Below, piece by piece: positions 27,198 through 38,876 of a DNA stretch of 64,000 nt. The DNA comes from an uncultured Gammaproteobacteria bacterium (GTDB lineage: Bacteria > Pseudomonadota > Gammaproteobacteria > UBA9214). Positions within the stretch are counted from its first letter, which is position 1. The number at the start of each line of letters is the position of its first letter. The position numbers were made by a program, and so were the translations under genes. The stretch spans positions 96,001 through 160,000 of the forward strand of contig CAVYZN010000014.1 in NCBI GenBank assembly GCA_963773065.1, written 5' to 3'. A model generated the notes under the pieces. The model had not been told where the DNA came from and made no database searches. It saw only the letters and a program-made list of their open reading frames with translations.

Positions 27198-30100
27198 ATG
27201 CCGCACGCAAGAATAATCGCAACATTACTTACATTGGTATCAATCCTCCTGGTCAGCGCCGCTCCGGCAGAGGAGATTCGCGACTATTATGCGGAACCTG
27301 GGCTGCATCCCTTCAAGGATCCCATCGCCGATCTGAATGAGACGATCGACCCTTTCTCGGGAATGCTGCAGTTAAGACATACGGATATCACAGTGCCGGG
27401 CAACGGCGGGCTTGATATCACTGTGAACCGTTTCTACCTCCATCACCAGGATGGTCAGGGCCAGTCACCGAGTTACACCAGCCTATACGGAATCGGCTGG
27501 ACCATGCATTTTGGACGTATTGTCGTTCCTCAGAACGAGGCCGATAAAATTTGCACGCAGGGTCAATGGTCTGTTTCAACTCGCGACAACCCGTCCATCG
27601 AGCATCCGGATGGTTCACGGGAACTGCTGGTCCTTGCTGACAATGGTAATGGTGCGCTGATTACCAAGAGCAACTGGCGTGCCGAGTGTGTATCCGCAAA
27701 TGGAATGCTCGTGACATCACCGGATGGGACCCGTTACAAGATGGATGTGATATCAACGGTTTCTTTGGGTGATGGCGGGACTGAAACCAGTTGGTACACG
27801 TCTGAAATAACGGATGTTGTCGGCAATTCAATCCATATCACCTATCAACAAAATCCGAATGGCTATCTGTACATCGACGAAGTGACCGGTCATACCCCAT
27901 CGGGTACAAGTGATGGCCGTCTGGTCAAGTTCTCCTACGACACCGACGCAAATGATTGTTTCAAATTACGTGAAATCAGCTCCAACAATCAGGTATGGCG
28001 TTACACCTACGAGCCGATTCCCGGGTTCGATCCCGGCTATACCTTCTGTGGCTATAACCTGACTGAGGTTGTCATGCCATCCGGTCAGCGCTGGCAGTAT
28101 GAATATTATCCAGACAACTATCCGGGGCCGGGCAAGTTTTCTGTCAAGAAGGTCACCTACCCCTATGGGGGTGTCATCGAATATACCTACCAGCATGTCC
28201 AGTTCGATCCCACTGACTATCACATAACGACGGCAATACAGACAAAAAATACTTCCGGACCGAATATTACGCCTGGCGCCTGGACCTATACCTTTGCACC
28301 AGGTTCTTATCCCGTTACCAATAGCAGTGGCTCGACTGATTACGTGGATTTAACCACAGTGACACAGCCGAATGGCACCACGCGGTATGTGCATCAAGGG
28401 GCTTCGGTAACCGGCTTCGGGAATCTGTGGGCGGCGGGTCTATTGCTTGCAACAGAGGTTTACTCCCCGACCGGACAGTGGATAGAACAAATCGTATCAC
28501 GTTGGGGCAAGCGCCAGATCTCAATTGAGAATTATTACCACGGCCGGGAAAATCAGATTGATAATGAGACGAATGCACCGATCTTGCTTGAAACGCATAC
28601 GTGGCGTAATGGCGGTACGCATTCGGTTATCAACTCCAACCACGATGTCTACGGCAACCCCGGGACCGTGGAGGAGACGACGCTAATCATCGGCGAACCC
28701 AGCAAGATCACCAATCACACCTATTTCAACGACCCGGTCAAGTGGATTATCGGTGTGCCGGAGGACGAGACGATTGTGGGTATCGGGACGATTGACCGTA
28801 CGCTTAATAACCTTGGGCAGGTAATCTCGGAAAACAAATACGGTGTAACTCACAACACTTTACCTATACCACGGAGGGCGATCTCAGAACCGCGACGGAT
28901 GCACGCGGCAATACCACAACCACCGACAATTATTACCGCGGTATCGCCAGGAATGAGAGTCACCCGGAGTCTGTCACCATCAGCCGGGTCGTCAATCCGA
29001 CCGGCACCGTGGCCTCGATCACCAACGGACGCGGATTCACCAAATCGTTCAGCTACGACTTGCTGAACCGGCTGACCGGCATCGACTTTCCGATTAACGC
29101 GGACGTGACCATCAACTGGGGTTTAAACGGCAAGTCTCTGGTGCGGGGAAACTATCAGGAAGCCGTGACCTTTGACGGCTTTGGCAAAGAGGTCCGGGTC
29201 GACAGAACCGACCTGTCAAGCGGTGAAACGATCACCAAGACCACCGGCTATGATGCGCTCGGGCAAAAGGTGTTCGAATCCTATCCCAATTCGACCCAGG
29301 GCATCACCTACACCTACGATGTCACTCGGCCGGCTCGTGCGCCTGGATCATCCGGATGGCGCTTTCAGAAGTTATGCTTTCGGCACCGGCGGTAACAGAG
29401 TGACCGAAACGGACGAGCGCGGCAATCAGACGGAGTTTCTTTATCGGTCCTATGGTCATCCGGACAATGCAAAAGTCCTGTTGGATATCGATTCTCCGGA
29501 AAATATCTGTACCCACATCGATTACAACCAGCTTGATCAGGTTACCGAGGTATTCCAGGGTGATGAAGACCCGGCTGATCAGACTACCTGTCTCGGTTTC
29601 AGAAGGACGTTCACCTATGACACGCATTACTTTCTGGTAACCGAAGATAATCGTGAAACCGGCATTACGACCTATGGCCGGGATGAAGTCGGTAACATGA
29701 TTTCACGCCAGGTCGGCACATCTGGCATAACAACCTTTACCTACGACGGCCGCAACCGCCTGACCTTCACCGACTATCCCGGCACCACGCCGGATGTGAC
29801 CCGCGGCTACGATGAGAATGACAACGTCCGTCGGCGTCGACAACACAGGCAGTCAGCATGAATATCTCTATGACGAGAACGACAATCTCCAGACGGAGAT
29901 CGCCGACATCGGCGCGAACAGCTACGTCGTCGGCTACGGCTACGATCCCAATGACTTCGTCAGCACCATCGCGTACCCGTCAGGCCGCTTCATCAATTAC
30001 GCGCCCGACGCCTTCGGCCGTCCAACCCGGTTGACGCCGTATGTCACCGCTATCGACTACCATCCTTCCGGCCAGATCCAGCGGATCAGTTATGCCAATG

Positions 30101-33100
30101 GCCAGACGACCGACGTCACGCTGAACGGCCGTCTGTGGATCGAGCAAATGCACGCCCATGGCGCGGCCGAGGCCATGGACCTGACCTATCAGTACGACAG
30201 CATCGGCAACGTCGGGACCATCACCGATGCGCTGGATTCACTTAACAATCGGGTGCTGGGTTATGACGGCATCAATCGCCTCGTATCTGCCACGGGATCG
30301 TGGGGAACGGCGGGATTTGCCTATAACGGCCGCGGTGATATTACCCAAAAGCAGCTCAATGGCAGTACGACAGATCATCTCTACTCATACCAGAAGCTGC
30401 TATATGTGGATTACGGGTTCATTTACGATCAATTTTACTATGACGAATATGGCAATATTATCGAGGTGGAAAAGCATGACCCGTCTGATCCGATTAACAA
30501 CGGGATTATCGCGGACACGCTGTATACCTATGATGATGCCGGCAATATGCGCATTGCCCGGACCAACCCCTTTCTGTCGATCGGGATACAACATGGCTAT
30601 GGCTATGACGGTAACAACCTGCGCGTCAGCCGCTCGGATGGCACAGACCTGACAGAGTATCTCTATGTAAAGAACGGCAATCTGCTGGGTGAATACGATC
30701 CGGCTACCAGTGCATTCTATGGCAAGGAGTATTTCTACCTCGGCTCACAGCTCATCGCGAGCGCGCAGGAGAACCATCCGCCGGTAGCCGATGCCGGTCA
30801 GGATGCTTCTGTCTATGCCACCCAGCAGGTGTCCTTGAGCGGGTCCAGGTTCAACCGACCCGGATGGTGGTATCGTGACTTATGCCTGGCAGCAACTGTC
30901 GGGTACGCCGGTTACCCTGAGCAATGCAAGCAGCGTCAGTCCGACGTTCACGGCACCGAGCATTGCCGCCGCGGAGACCTTACGCTTCCAGTTGACGGTG
31001 ACGGATAACGACGGTGTTACGGCAACCGATACGGTGAATATCCAGGTGACCCCCAACACGCCGCCGACCGCAAACGCCGGCCCGGACCAGACGCTTCTGG
31101 GTGGCGCACTGGTGCATCTGGACGGCAGCGGCTCCTCCGATGCCGAGGGAGCCATCAGCTACCAGTGGACACAGCTCTCCGGGCCAACAGTCACCTTGAA
31201 TGGCGCCAGCAGCGCCACCCCGAGCTGCACGGCGCCGGTCACGGGCAGCAACTACACGTTGAGTTTCAAACTTATCGTCACAGACTCCACCGGCATCACG
31301 GCGGCCGATACCGTGGCTATCACGGTATACGACCCGACGGCCGATGCCGATGCGGATGGCCTGGCCGACGGCTGGGAAATCATCCATTTCGGTAGCATTA
31401 CCCTGTATAGCGCCAGTGACGATCCAGACGGCGACGGCATCACCAACCAGCAGGAGTTTGCGGAGGGCACTGACCCCAGCACGCCGGCACCAGCGCCAGC
31501 ACAGCTCAGCGGCGTCACCGCCGTGGCGGGCAACGGCAAGAACACCCTGTTCTGGAATAACACCGTTTCGGTAAAGTCCTACAACCTTTACTGGGGTACC
31601 ACGCCCGGGTGTAACGAAAACGAACGGCACTAAGATTGCCGGCGTCACACAGCCCTTCACCCATTCCGGGTTGACCAACGGCACGACCTATTACTATGTC
31701 GTGACAGCGGTGAACAACGCTGGAGAATCGCCGGACTCCGTGCAGGTTTTTGCACGGCCTGGGCAGCCGATATGGAATCCGGTGGAACTGACGCCGGAAA
31801 TCAATACATCCGCAGGATTCAGCCCTGAATGACCGGGGCGATATTGTGATTGCGCGGAGTAATAAGCAACCAACTGCGTGTGCGAAATTATACTGAAAGT
31901 CAGGGCTGGAATAGCGAGATATCGCTGTCTCAACAATCTGGTTCCATCAGTAAACCGCACGTTGCCATTAATAACAGCGGGGATGCGGTTGTAGCTTGGG
32001 GTCAATACGATGGCACGCGCTGGAAAGTGTGGTCAGCACTTCTATGCCGCATCAGACGGTTCCTGGGGTACACCAGTAATGCTGTTTGAGAGCTACAACA
32101 TTAGTAACACCCCTGTATACGTTGGACAGATAGCCATCAATAATGAAGGTTTAGCTTTGGTTACCTGGATTCACTCGGATGGGATTCTTTATCCTACCAG
32201 CTATGCCATCCAACACTATCAGGTTTACGCCACTACCTACATGTCTGGTAGTGGCTGGAGTACGCCCATCAATTTTGATGTAACCGATGCCAACGATCGC
32301 TATTCATTTGTACCATCGAACGTGGCCATGAATGAGTCCGGTGATGCAGTCGTTGTTTATATGAAGCAATACAGGCATTTCGGTGCAGTGGACTGGCCGA
32401 ATAGTATCTGGGCGGCATACTATTCACCCGCGAGTGGCTGGACTAAGTCAATGTTGTACCAGACACCCATAGATTATTACGGACCCGTTGAGGTAGATGT
32501 AGATACACCACGCGTTGGGATCACCAGTAACGGTAATTCTGTAGTCAGCCTGGCGGCAGGATTCAGAGAGCAACAATAGCAACAGCGAGATATGGATACG
32601 TGAATTTACCGCTGCCTCCCAGACCTGGAAACCGCTTGATAAACTCGCCACTATCCGTAATTACACTAATGTTGGACTGGATATCGCGGTCAATGCTGCG
32701 GGCGATGCCATCCTGGCCTGGAACGATGTTTCCGACATCAAGACAAAATACCGGCCAACCGGTGGGAATTGGGGAACCAGCAAGGCAGTCAACGACACCA
32801 GTATCGCGAACCGCAGTGTGTCGAGCCCGGCGGCCGGGATTGATGCGGGGGGCAATGCCTTCGTGTTTTTTAGACAGGACCAATCGAATTTCTACCCGGA
32901 TTCGTCCAGTCGCAGCGATCTTGTCGCCGCCCGTTATGACAAGGCACTGGGCGGATTTGCGGCACCCGTGTATATCTCGGATCGCGGTAGGGGTAATCTG
33001 GTGCCGAACTCACAACTCATGGACGTGAACGGTATTGGCGCGGCCGTCGCGATGTTCGCGCAATATGATGTCCAGGCAAGCGGCCCAAGCAACCGCTATA

Positions 33101-33707
33101 CCCGCCGTTATGCAGTCCCACCGCCGGTCAACCAAGCACCAATCAGCAAACGCCGGCCCCGACCAAGTGGTAACGGAGGGCAATGCGGTTACGCTGAACG
33201 GCAGTGGTTCAAGCGATCCGGAAGGCAACTTGGTCGGCTACCAGTGGGTGCAGACGTCAGGACCGGCGGTGACGCTGAACAACGCGACCAGCGCGGTGGC
33301 CAACTTCACGGCGCCGGCCGTTACCCAGAACACGGTCCTGCGCTTTACCTTGACGGTGACCGACAACGTTGGCAAGAGCGGCGCCGAAGAGGTAATGATT
33401 ACGGTCCAGCCACCGGGCGGCGGCGACACCACGCCGCCGGTCACCACCGGCGCCTTCACCCGCACGACCAGCAAGGGCAAGGTCTACTACGCCATTGACA
33501 TTGTCAGCCAACGAGCCCGCGACGAGCCACTACCGCCTGACTGGCCAGGCGCATATCACTGCCGGTGGCGCCGATAGCACCGCCTGGCAGGTCTACACCG
33601 GTCCCCTCAGCGTCGCGCTGAACAAGAACGGCACGGCTAATTTCGAGTATTATTCCACCGACACCAGCGGCAACCAGGAAACGACCCACACGGAGGTGCT
33701 GCAATGA
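27198..33707 (+). CDS. Large secreted YD/Rhs-repeat scaffold with C-terminal PKD/Ig, Ca-binding Asp repeats, Fn3, propeller-like and terminal beta domains; no Rhs core (about a dozen indels)
   Basis: Signal peptide MPHARIIATLLTLVSILLVSAAPA; ETIDPFSG...PGNGGLD; many YD repeats across successive ORFs to ~30770; then ADAGQD/ANAGPDQ PKD repeats, DADADGLADGWE, HSGLTNGTTYYYVVTAVN. Confidence 0.8.
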
Positions 33708-34622
33708 ACGCTCACAAGACTTTCCGCCTGATACGCTGTTTTACCCGGGGTCTGCTCACCCTCTGGCTGCTGCTTGCGGCCAGTGCCGGTCACGCGGTTG
33801 AGCGGGTCACCTACTACCACAACGACGCCTTGGGCTCGCCGGTCGCGGCGACCGATGCCAGCGGTACGCTGCTGTGGCGCGAGAGCTACGCACCCTATGG
33901 TGAGCGCCTGACCCAGGAGGCCGGCAACCGGGACACCGTCTGGTACACCGGCAAGCAGGAAGAGGCGACCTTCGGGATCAACTACTTCGGGGCGCGCTGG
34001 TATGACCCGTCAATCGGCCGGTTCATGGCGACCGATCCGGCCGGCTTCAGTGCAGGACAATATCCAGAGCTTCAACAAGTATGTGTATGCGAATAATAAT
34101 CCATATGCCTATGTGGATCCGGATGGGGATTTCGCAATCCTTGGTGCGATTGTTGCCGCGGTGTCGGATACCGTGACCCAAGGGTTATTGATAAGTGCGG
34201 GCTTGCAGCAGGAATTTAGTCTGGGGAGTGTGGCTATAGCCGCGGGCTTGGGTGCTGCGACGGGTGGCATTGCGAATATAAAGAATGCGGTTAGCGCCGT
34301 AAAGATAATTAACAATGCGAAGAAAGGGAGTAAGGTTGCAAAGGGAGAAACCACTGTAATCGGTCGAGTCAAAGACCTGCAAAACCTGAAACAGGGTGAG
34401 CGATCGCTGCTTGATCGTCTGCCAGACCAGGGAAGCCCTAAAGCTAACTGGAAGCAAAATTCTGGTGTACTTCGTCAGGAGATGGGTAAAGGGCAGCCAA
34501 TCCGTGATGCCTCTCCAGGCGATACATCTGGTCAGTTCCTTAATGCCGAACGGAACCTGCTAAAAGATCGCGGTTGGACGTTCGATTCGCAGACCAAACA
34601 TTGGATGCCACAAAAACAATGA
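33704..34622 (+). CDS. Signal-peptide Rhs core protein with C-terminal putative toxin (indel near 34050)
   Basis: Signal peptide ending AGHA, VTYYHNDALGSPVAATD, YTGKQEE, YFGARWYDPSIGRF, NNPYAYVDPDG, then a hydrophobic Gly/Ala segment and a ~90-aa CT. Confidence 0.88.
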
Positions 34623-35209
34623 CGAAGGTGGTGAGTATCATGGGTACATCGGATCGTTCGTATCTCAACTTTGAGGAGAAAACCAGGAAGGCTTTTGCGT
34701 TCCTCGGTGATCTGGGGTTCTCTGAAGTCGAGGTGTTACCAACGCTTATGCGCTACCGAAAGGGCGGCGTTGAAGTGGATGTGTATCACGGGCGGCAATC
34801 GTATGAAATCGGGGCAGGTGTTACTGCCTTCGGAACTCGATATGCGATATCGGAGATCATTCGCGCCAACGACCAGGAAACTGCTAAGCACTTTCACTAC
34901 GCAGCGACGACTACACCGGAAGGCGTGGTTGCTGGTCTCGAAGAGTTGAGCTCGTTGATGAAACACTATGGTCGTGAGGCTCTAGAGGGCGATCCGCGAT
35001 TCTTCTCAACGCTCGAAAATCAGCGAAAGTTGTGGGCTGAAGAGTATGCCCTTGACGTTCTCGCCGAGCAATTGCGGCCACAGGCAGACGAGGCGTTTCG
35101 ACGAAGGGATTACTCGACAGCGGCCGATCTGTATTCTCGTATTAGAGAGCGCTTAAGCCCGGCAGAGATCAAGAAGCTGAGTCTCGCTGAACAGCGCCGT
35201 AAGGATTGA
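34619..35209 (+). CDS. Putative immunity protein for the Rhs CT
   Basis: ATGA overlap with the toxin stop, same AT-richer composition, no signal peptide. Confidence 0.7.
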   Translation: MTKVVSIMGTSDRSYLNFEEKTRKAFAFLGDLGFSEVEVLPTLMRYRKGGVEVDVYHGRQSYEIGAGVTAFGTRYAISEIIRANDQETAKHFHYAATTTPEGVVAGLEELSSLMKHYGREALEGDPRFFSTLENQRKLWAEEYALDVLAEQLRPQADEAFRRRDYSTAADLYSRIRERLSPAEIKKLSLAEQRRKD

Positions 35210-35339
35210 TATTTCCTTAGCTGCGTGTGAACATCGCACCCAAGCTCCGCCGGCGGGGCTTGTCACTTCTTCATCAAAGACCCCTCCGTTCGATGCCCGC
35301 TGAAAATGCGCTGAAAATGTCAGAGATTTATTTTCCACT

Positions 35340-35700
35340 AATTTCACAGCGCCGCCGGTTAGACAGAATACAGACTTCCTGTTTGAACTGATGATCACGG
35401 ATGACACCGCCCAGACTAGAACGAACAGCGTGACCATAACCGTCCAGCCGATCGGCGGGGGAGGCGACACCACCCCGCCGGTCACCACCGGCACCTTTAC
35501 CCGCACGACCAGCCAGGGCAATGCCTATTACGCCATCACGCTGTCGGTCATTGAGCCCGCGACGAGCCACTTCCGCCTGACCGGCCAGGCGCATATCACG
35601 GCGAGCGGCGCCGACAGCATGAACTGGCCTGGCCTCTCGGCATCGCGATGAACAAGAACGTGACGGCCAACTTCGAAAGTTATTCCACCAAAACCAACGG
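35340..35700 (+). pseudogene. Degenerate duplicate of the scaffold gene 3' end (33302-33670)
   Basis: Near-identical GGGDTTPPVTTGxFTRTTSxG..YYAITLS..EPATSH.RLTGQAHITA coding DNA with deletions and stops. Confidence 0.85.
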
Positions 35701-36051
35701 CTGAATCAACTCCACGGCCCGGTTCATCCGGTTCGCGAGCGTTGCCCGCGGCGTCACCACGCCGATGCGCTGAAGGATCCGCAACAGAATGCCGGGCTCA
35801 TGAGCCCATTGTACTTCAGAACAATTTACCATCGGCCAGATACCCCCTAGCATCAACCAGTGGTGACAGACACACTATTCCTCCCCGGAAACCACTATCA
35901 CATCGCGGAATCATGTGGGGTGTGGTTCCAGGTGCCAAGCAATTCGGTTCCGCCGGGTGTGGGTGAATACACTTTCTGAGGGGAATAGGCCTGACACTTG
36001 CTGAGATAAGGTAGTTAACACCTGGCACCGTTTTGCCGTGAGGTGCAGAAA

Positions 36052-36630
36052 ATGAAGACCGTGCTTATCTATTTCCACTTGTTATCGCTGGCGGCGGCGA
36101 TCGGCTCCATGCTGATTGCCGAATATCTGATCTTTTCCCGGCATCGGCAGTTTTCGCGCGACAGTTACGATACCGTTATCTTCGCATCACGCACCGCAAC
36201 CGTCTCGCTGCTGCTGTTATGGCTGACGGGGATCGGTCTCGTGAGCGTGGGGTATCTCGGCGATTCGCTGTATATCGCGAACCAGAAAATCTGGGCCAAG
36301 GCATCCATCGTTCTGCTCATGTCGATCAACGGAGTCTACATCCACAGAAGGCTTTTGCCGCGGTTCGCCGAGGTTGCCCGTGGCGGCCTGTTCATACGTA
36401 CGGCGTCGGAGTCGGCGCGGATGCGCCTTGCCTTCGCGGCCTCCTTTGCCGGGTGGCTGATCACGGCGTTCTACGGAGCCGCGAAGTTCCTTAATCAGGG
36501 GTACCTCTATGGCGAGCTATATGGCCTGTACCTGATGGCGGTGGTGATGATTTTCGCCTTTTCGTACCTGGTGCCGGATGAATGGATCAACCATGTCCAT
36601 GACGGCAATACAGTCACGGGACCCGGATAA
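36052..36630 (+). CDS. Hypothetical multi-TM membrane protein
   Basis: Five hydrophobic segments, LLWLTG and NQKIWAK motifs. Confidence 0.65.
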   Translation: MKTVLIYFHLLSLAAAIGSMLIAEYLIFSRHRQFSRDSYDTVIFASRTATVSLLLLWLTGIGLVSVGYLGDSLYIANQKIWAKASIVLLMSINGVYIHRRLLPRFAEVARGGLFIRTASESARMRLAFAASFAGWLITAFYGAAKFLNQGYLYGELYGLYLMAVVMIFAFSYLVPDEWINHVHDGNTVTGPG

Positions 36631-36699
36631 CCGGACGGCGGAACCGGCCTGGTCGGACCGGTGATGCCTGCCCAGCGGTGATGCACGGAATACACGCAG

Positions 36700-37952
36700 G
36701 CTAGCGGATCTTGAAGTAATGGAGCCGGTTTCAGAGAGGAATGACGCCGTTCTCCGGTCACAAACCACACCTCCATCTCGCCTTTGCCTTTCACATTCAT
36801 CGTACCGCGCGGCTCACAGACGAACTCGTCCTTGACCAGCTCGTAGGTGGCGCGGGTGATCTGGATGATCCCGCCCTGCCCGTGGGATTCCATGCGGCTG
36901 GCCGTGTTCACCGCATCGCCCCACAAGTCGTAGATGAACTTCTTGCGCCCGATCACCCCCGCCACCACCGGCCCGGAGTTGAGGCCGATGCGAAAGGCCA
37001 GTCGGCGCCCGTGAAATTCCCGCCCGCTCACATAATCGCGCATCTCCAGCGCCATGCGGGTGAGCGCTTGCGCGTGGTCGGCGCGCGGGCGCGGCACGCC
37101 GGCGGCCACCATGTAACAGTCGCCGATGGTTTTGATCTTCTCCAGCCCGTATTTGTCGACCAGGGTATCGAAATGCGAAAAGACCTCGTTGAGCAGTTCC
37201 ACTATCTCGGTGGGCGTCATGTCGCCGACAGGGGCGTGAAGTTCACCACATCGGCGAACAGAATGCTCGCGCCTTCGAAATGATCGGCGATGGTGCGCGG
37301 CTCGTCTTTCAGGATGGCCACGATCTCCTTGGGCAGGATGTTCAGCAGCAGCGCCTCGGATTTCTCCTGAAACGCATTCTTCTGGCCGACGAAAAAATAA
37401 ACCATGAGAAACACCAACGAGCTGACCCCGATGAGGTTGATGACGAAGAAGAACGTCACCAACCCGGTCGACAGATGGTTGCCAAATCCCAGATGGGGTT
37501 GTAACAAACCGCTCAGCACGATGAGGCCGAGATAGGCCAGAAACCAGCGCGGCGCATGCCGGGGTTCATCGAAGAGCATCGCGCCCAGGGGACAGATCAG
37601 CGCCCACAGGATGACCGCGCTGCCGCTGATAAACCCGCCGAGACTCATCATCAGCAGGAAGGGGAGCAGCAGTATCAGCAGGAGCTGACTGAAACGAAAG
37701 ACGTGATAGCGGCGCGTCAGGCCGAAGTGGATAACGCTGAACAGTGAAATGACGGCGTAGGAGAGCGGAATCGCCCCCGCCAGCGGCTCCCCGACCAGAA
37801 TATACATCGCTCCCCAGGCGGCTCCGGCGAACATGAAGGGAAACGCACAAAGCACGAGCAATGATTTACGCAAGCGGATGTCATCGCCATCGCCGGGATC
37901 CGCACCGATGCGGGGGATCCAGCGCAAACAGTGCTTTCAACTGCTCTTTCAT
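36700..37952 (-). CDS. Membrane-anchored class III adenylate/guanylate cyclase (indels; exact 3' end uncertain)
   Basis: TM region, SEALLLNILP, ILFADVVNFT, KIKTIGDCYM, YDLWGDAVNTASRMES, VKGKGEM. Confidence 0.88.
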
Positions 37953-38089
37953 CCGCTGGCTCGCGATTTCCCAATTGCCGCAAAGTTGCATTGTATAGGA
38001 ATGGGTAAAAATAGGCTCGAAGCCGCGGCGGAACGCAGGGACGGCTAGGTGGATGGCGTGTCGCGCGGCGTCTCCGGCGGGCGCATCCA

Positions 38090-38280
38090 CTATGACAGCA
38101 GGGCGTAGGCCAGTGCCAGAATCACCGGACCAAGGAACACGCCGATGAAGCCGAAAGACAGCAGGCCGCCCAGGACGCCCATGAACACCAGCAGCAGCGG
38201 CAAGAAACCGCCGCGGCTGATCAGGTAAGGTTTGACGACATTGTCGATGCTGCTGACAACTACCAGCCCGTAAGCCGCTA
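38090..38280 (-). pseudogene. C-terminal fragment of an AI-2E (YdiK-like) transporter
   Basis: IDNVVKPYLISRG..LPLLLVFMGVLGGLLSFGFIGVFLGPVILA with no upstream portion. Confidence 0.7.
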
Positions 38281-38377
38281 GGCCGGGAGAATAGTCCAAT
38301 TTGCCTCCGTACCCCCACGTTTCAGCACAAGGACCGGGGCGGATGCGGTAATCGTTGTGGGGCATTTCCCGGCCGGG

Positions 38378-38405
38378 TTGACAATGAGCGGTTAAGGCGT
38401 ATAAA
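38378..38405 (+). promoter_or_regulatory. Near-consensus sigma70 promoter upstream of the DUF2934 gene
   Basis: TTGACA-16 nt-TATAAA. Confidence 0.5.
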
Positions 38406-38510
38406 TGCCTCGAACGCATCAGCCGTATGGTAGCTATTTTCGGCTTCAACAGGCCGGTGCGGCTGCTTGATGCGTAGCCGCACGGGTACAACATTATCGA
38501 GAGGATCAGT

Positions 38511-38876
38511 ATGGCCAAGAAGACCGCACACCCCACGAAGAATGCAGTTTCTCCGAAAGCCGCGACACCCGCCGCCGTTGCTCCGAAGGCTCCTGAAACC
38601 GCCACACGGACCGCTTCTCCGGCCTCCAGGCCTGTCGCGACGAGTCCCGTTGAGAAGGCGGCTCCGGACAGGAAGGCCGCCATGGCGGCCAAGACCACTA
38701 AACCAGATGACACGATCGCCATCAAACCCGAAGCGCGCTGGCAGATGATTTCAGAGGCGGCCTATTTCCTGGCCGAGAAGCGCGGTTTCACCGGCGGCGA
38801 TCCCTGTCAGGACTGGATCGACGCGGAAGCTCAGGTCGAGGCCACGCTCAAGAGGCGCGGCGCCGGCAAAAGATAG
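38511..38876 (+). CDS. DUF2934 domain protein with Ala/Lys/Pro-rich N-terminus
   Basis: MISEAAYFLAEKRGF..G....DWIDAEAQV. Confidence 0.85.
   Translation: MAKKTAHPTKNAVSPKAATPAAVAPKAPETATRTASPASRPVATSPVEKAAPDRKAAMAAKTTKPDDTIAIKPEARWQMISEAAYFLAEKRGFTGGDPCQDWIDAEAQVEATLKRRGAGKR

Noticed and set aside
27198-35209. T6SS, CDI or Tc-toxin assignment for the Rhs locus
   Set aside because: No PAAR, VgrG, EagR, TpsB or TcA/TcB genes in the window, and both proteins have Sec-type signal peptides.
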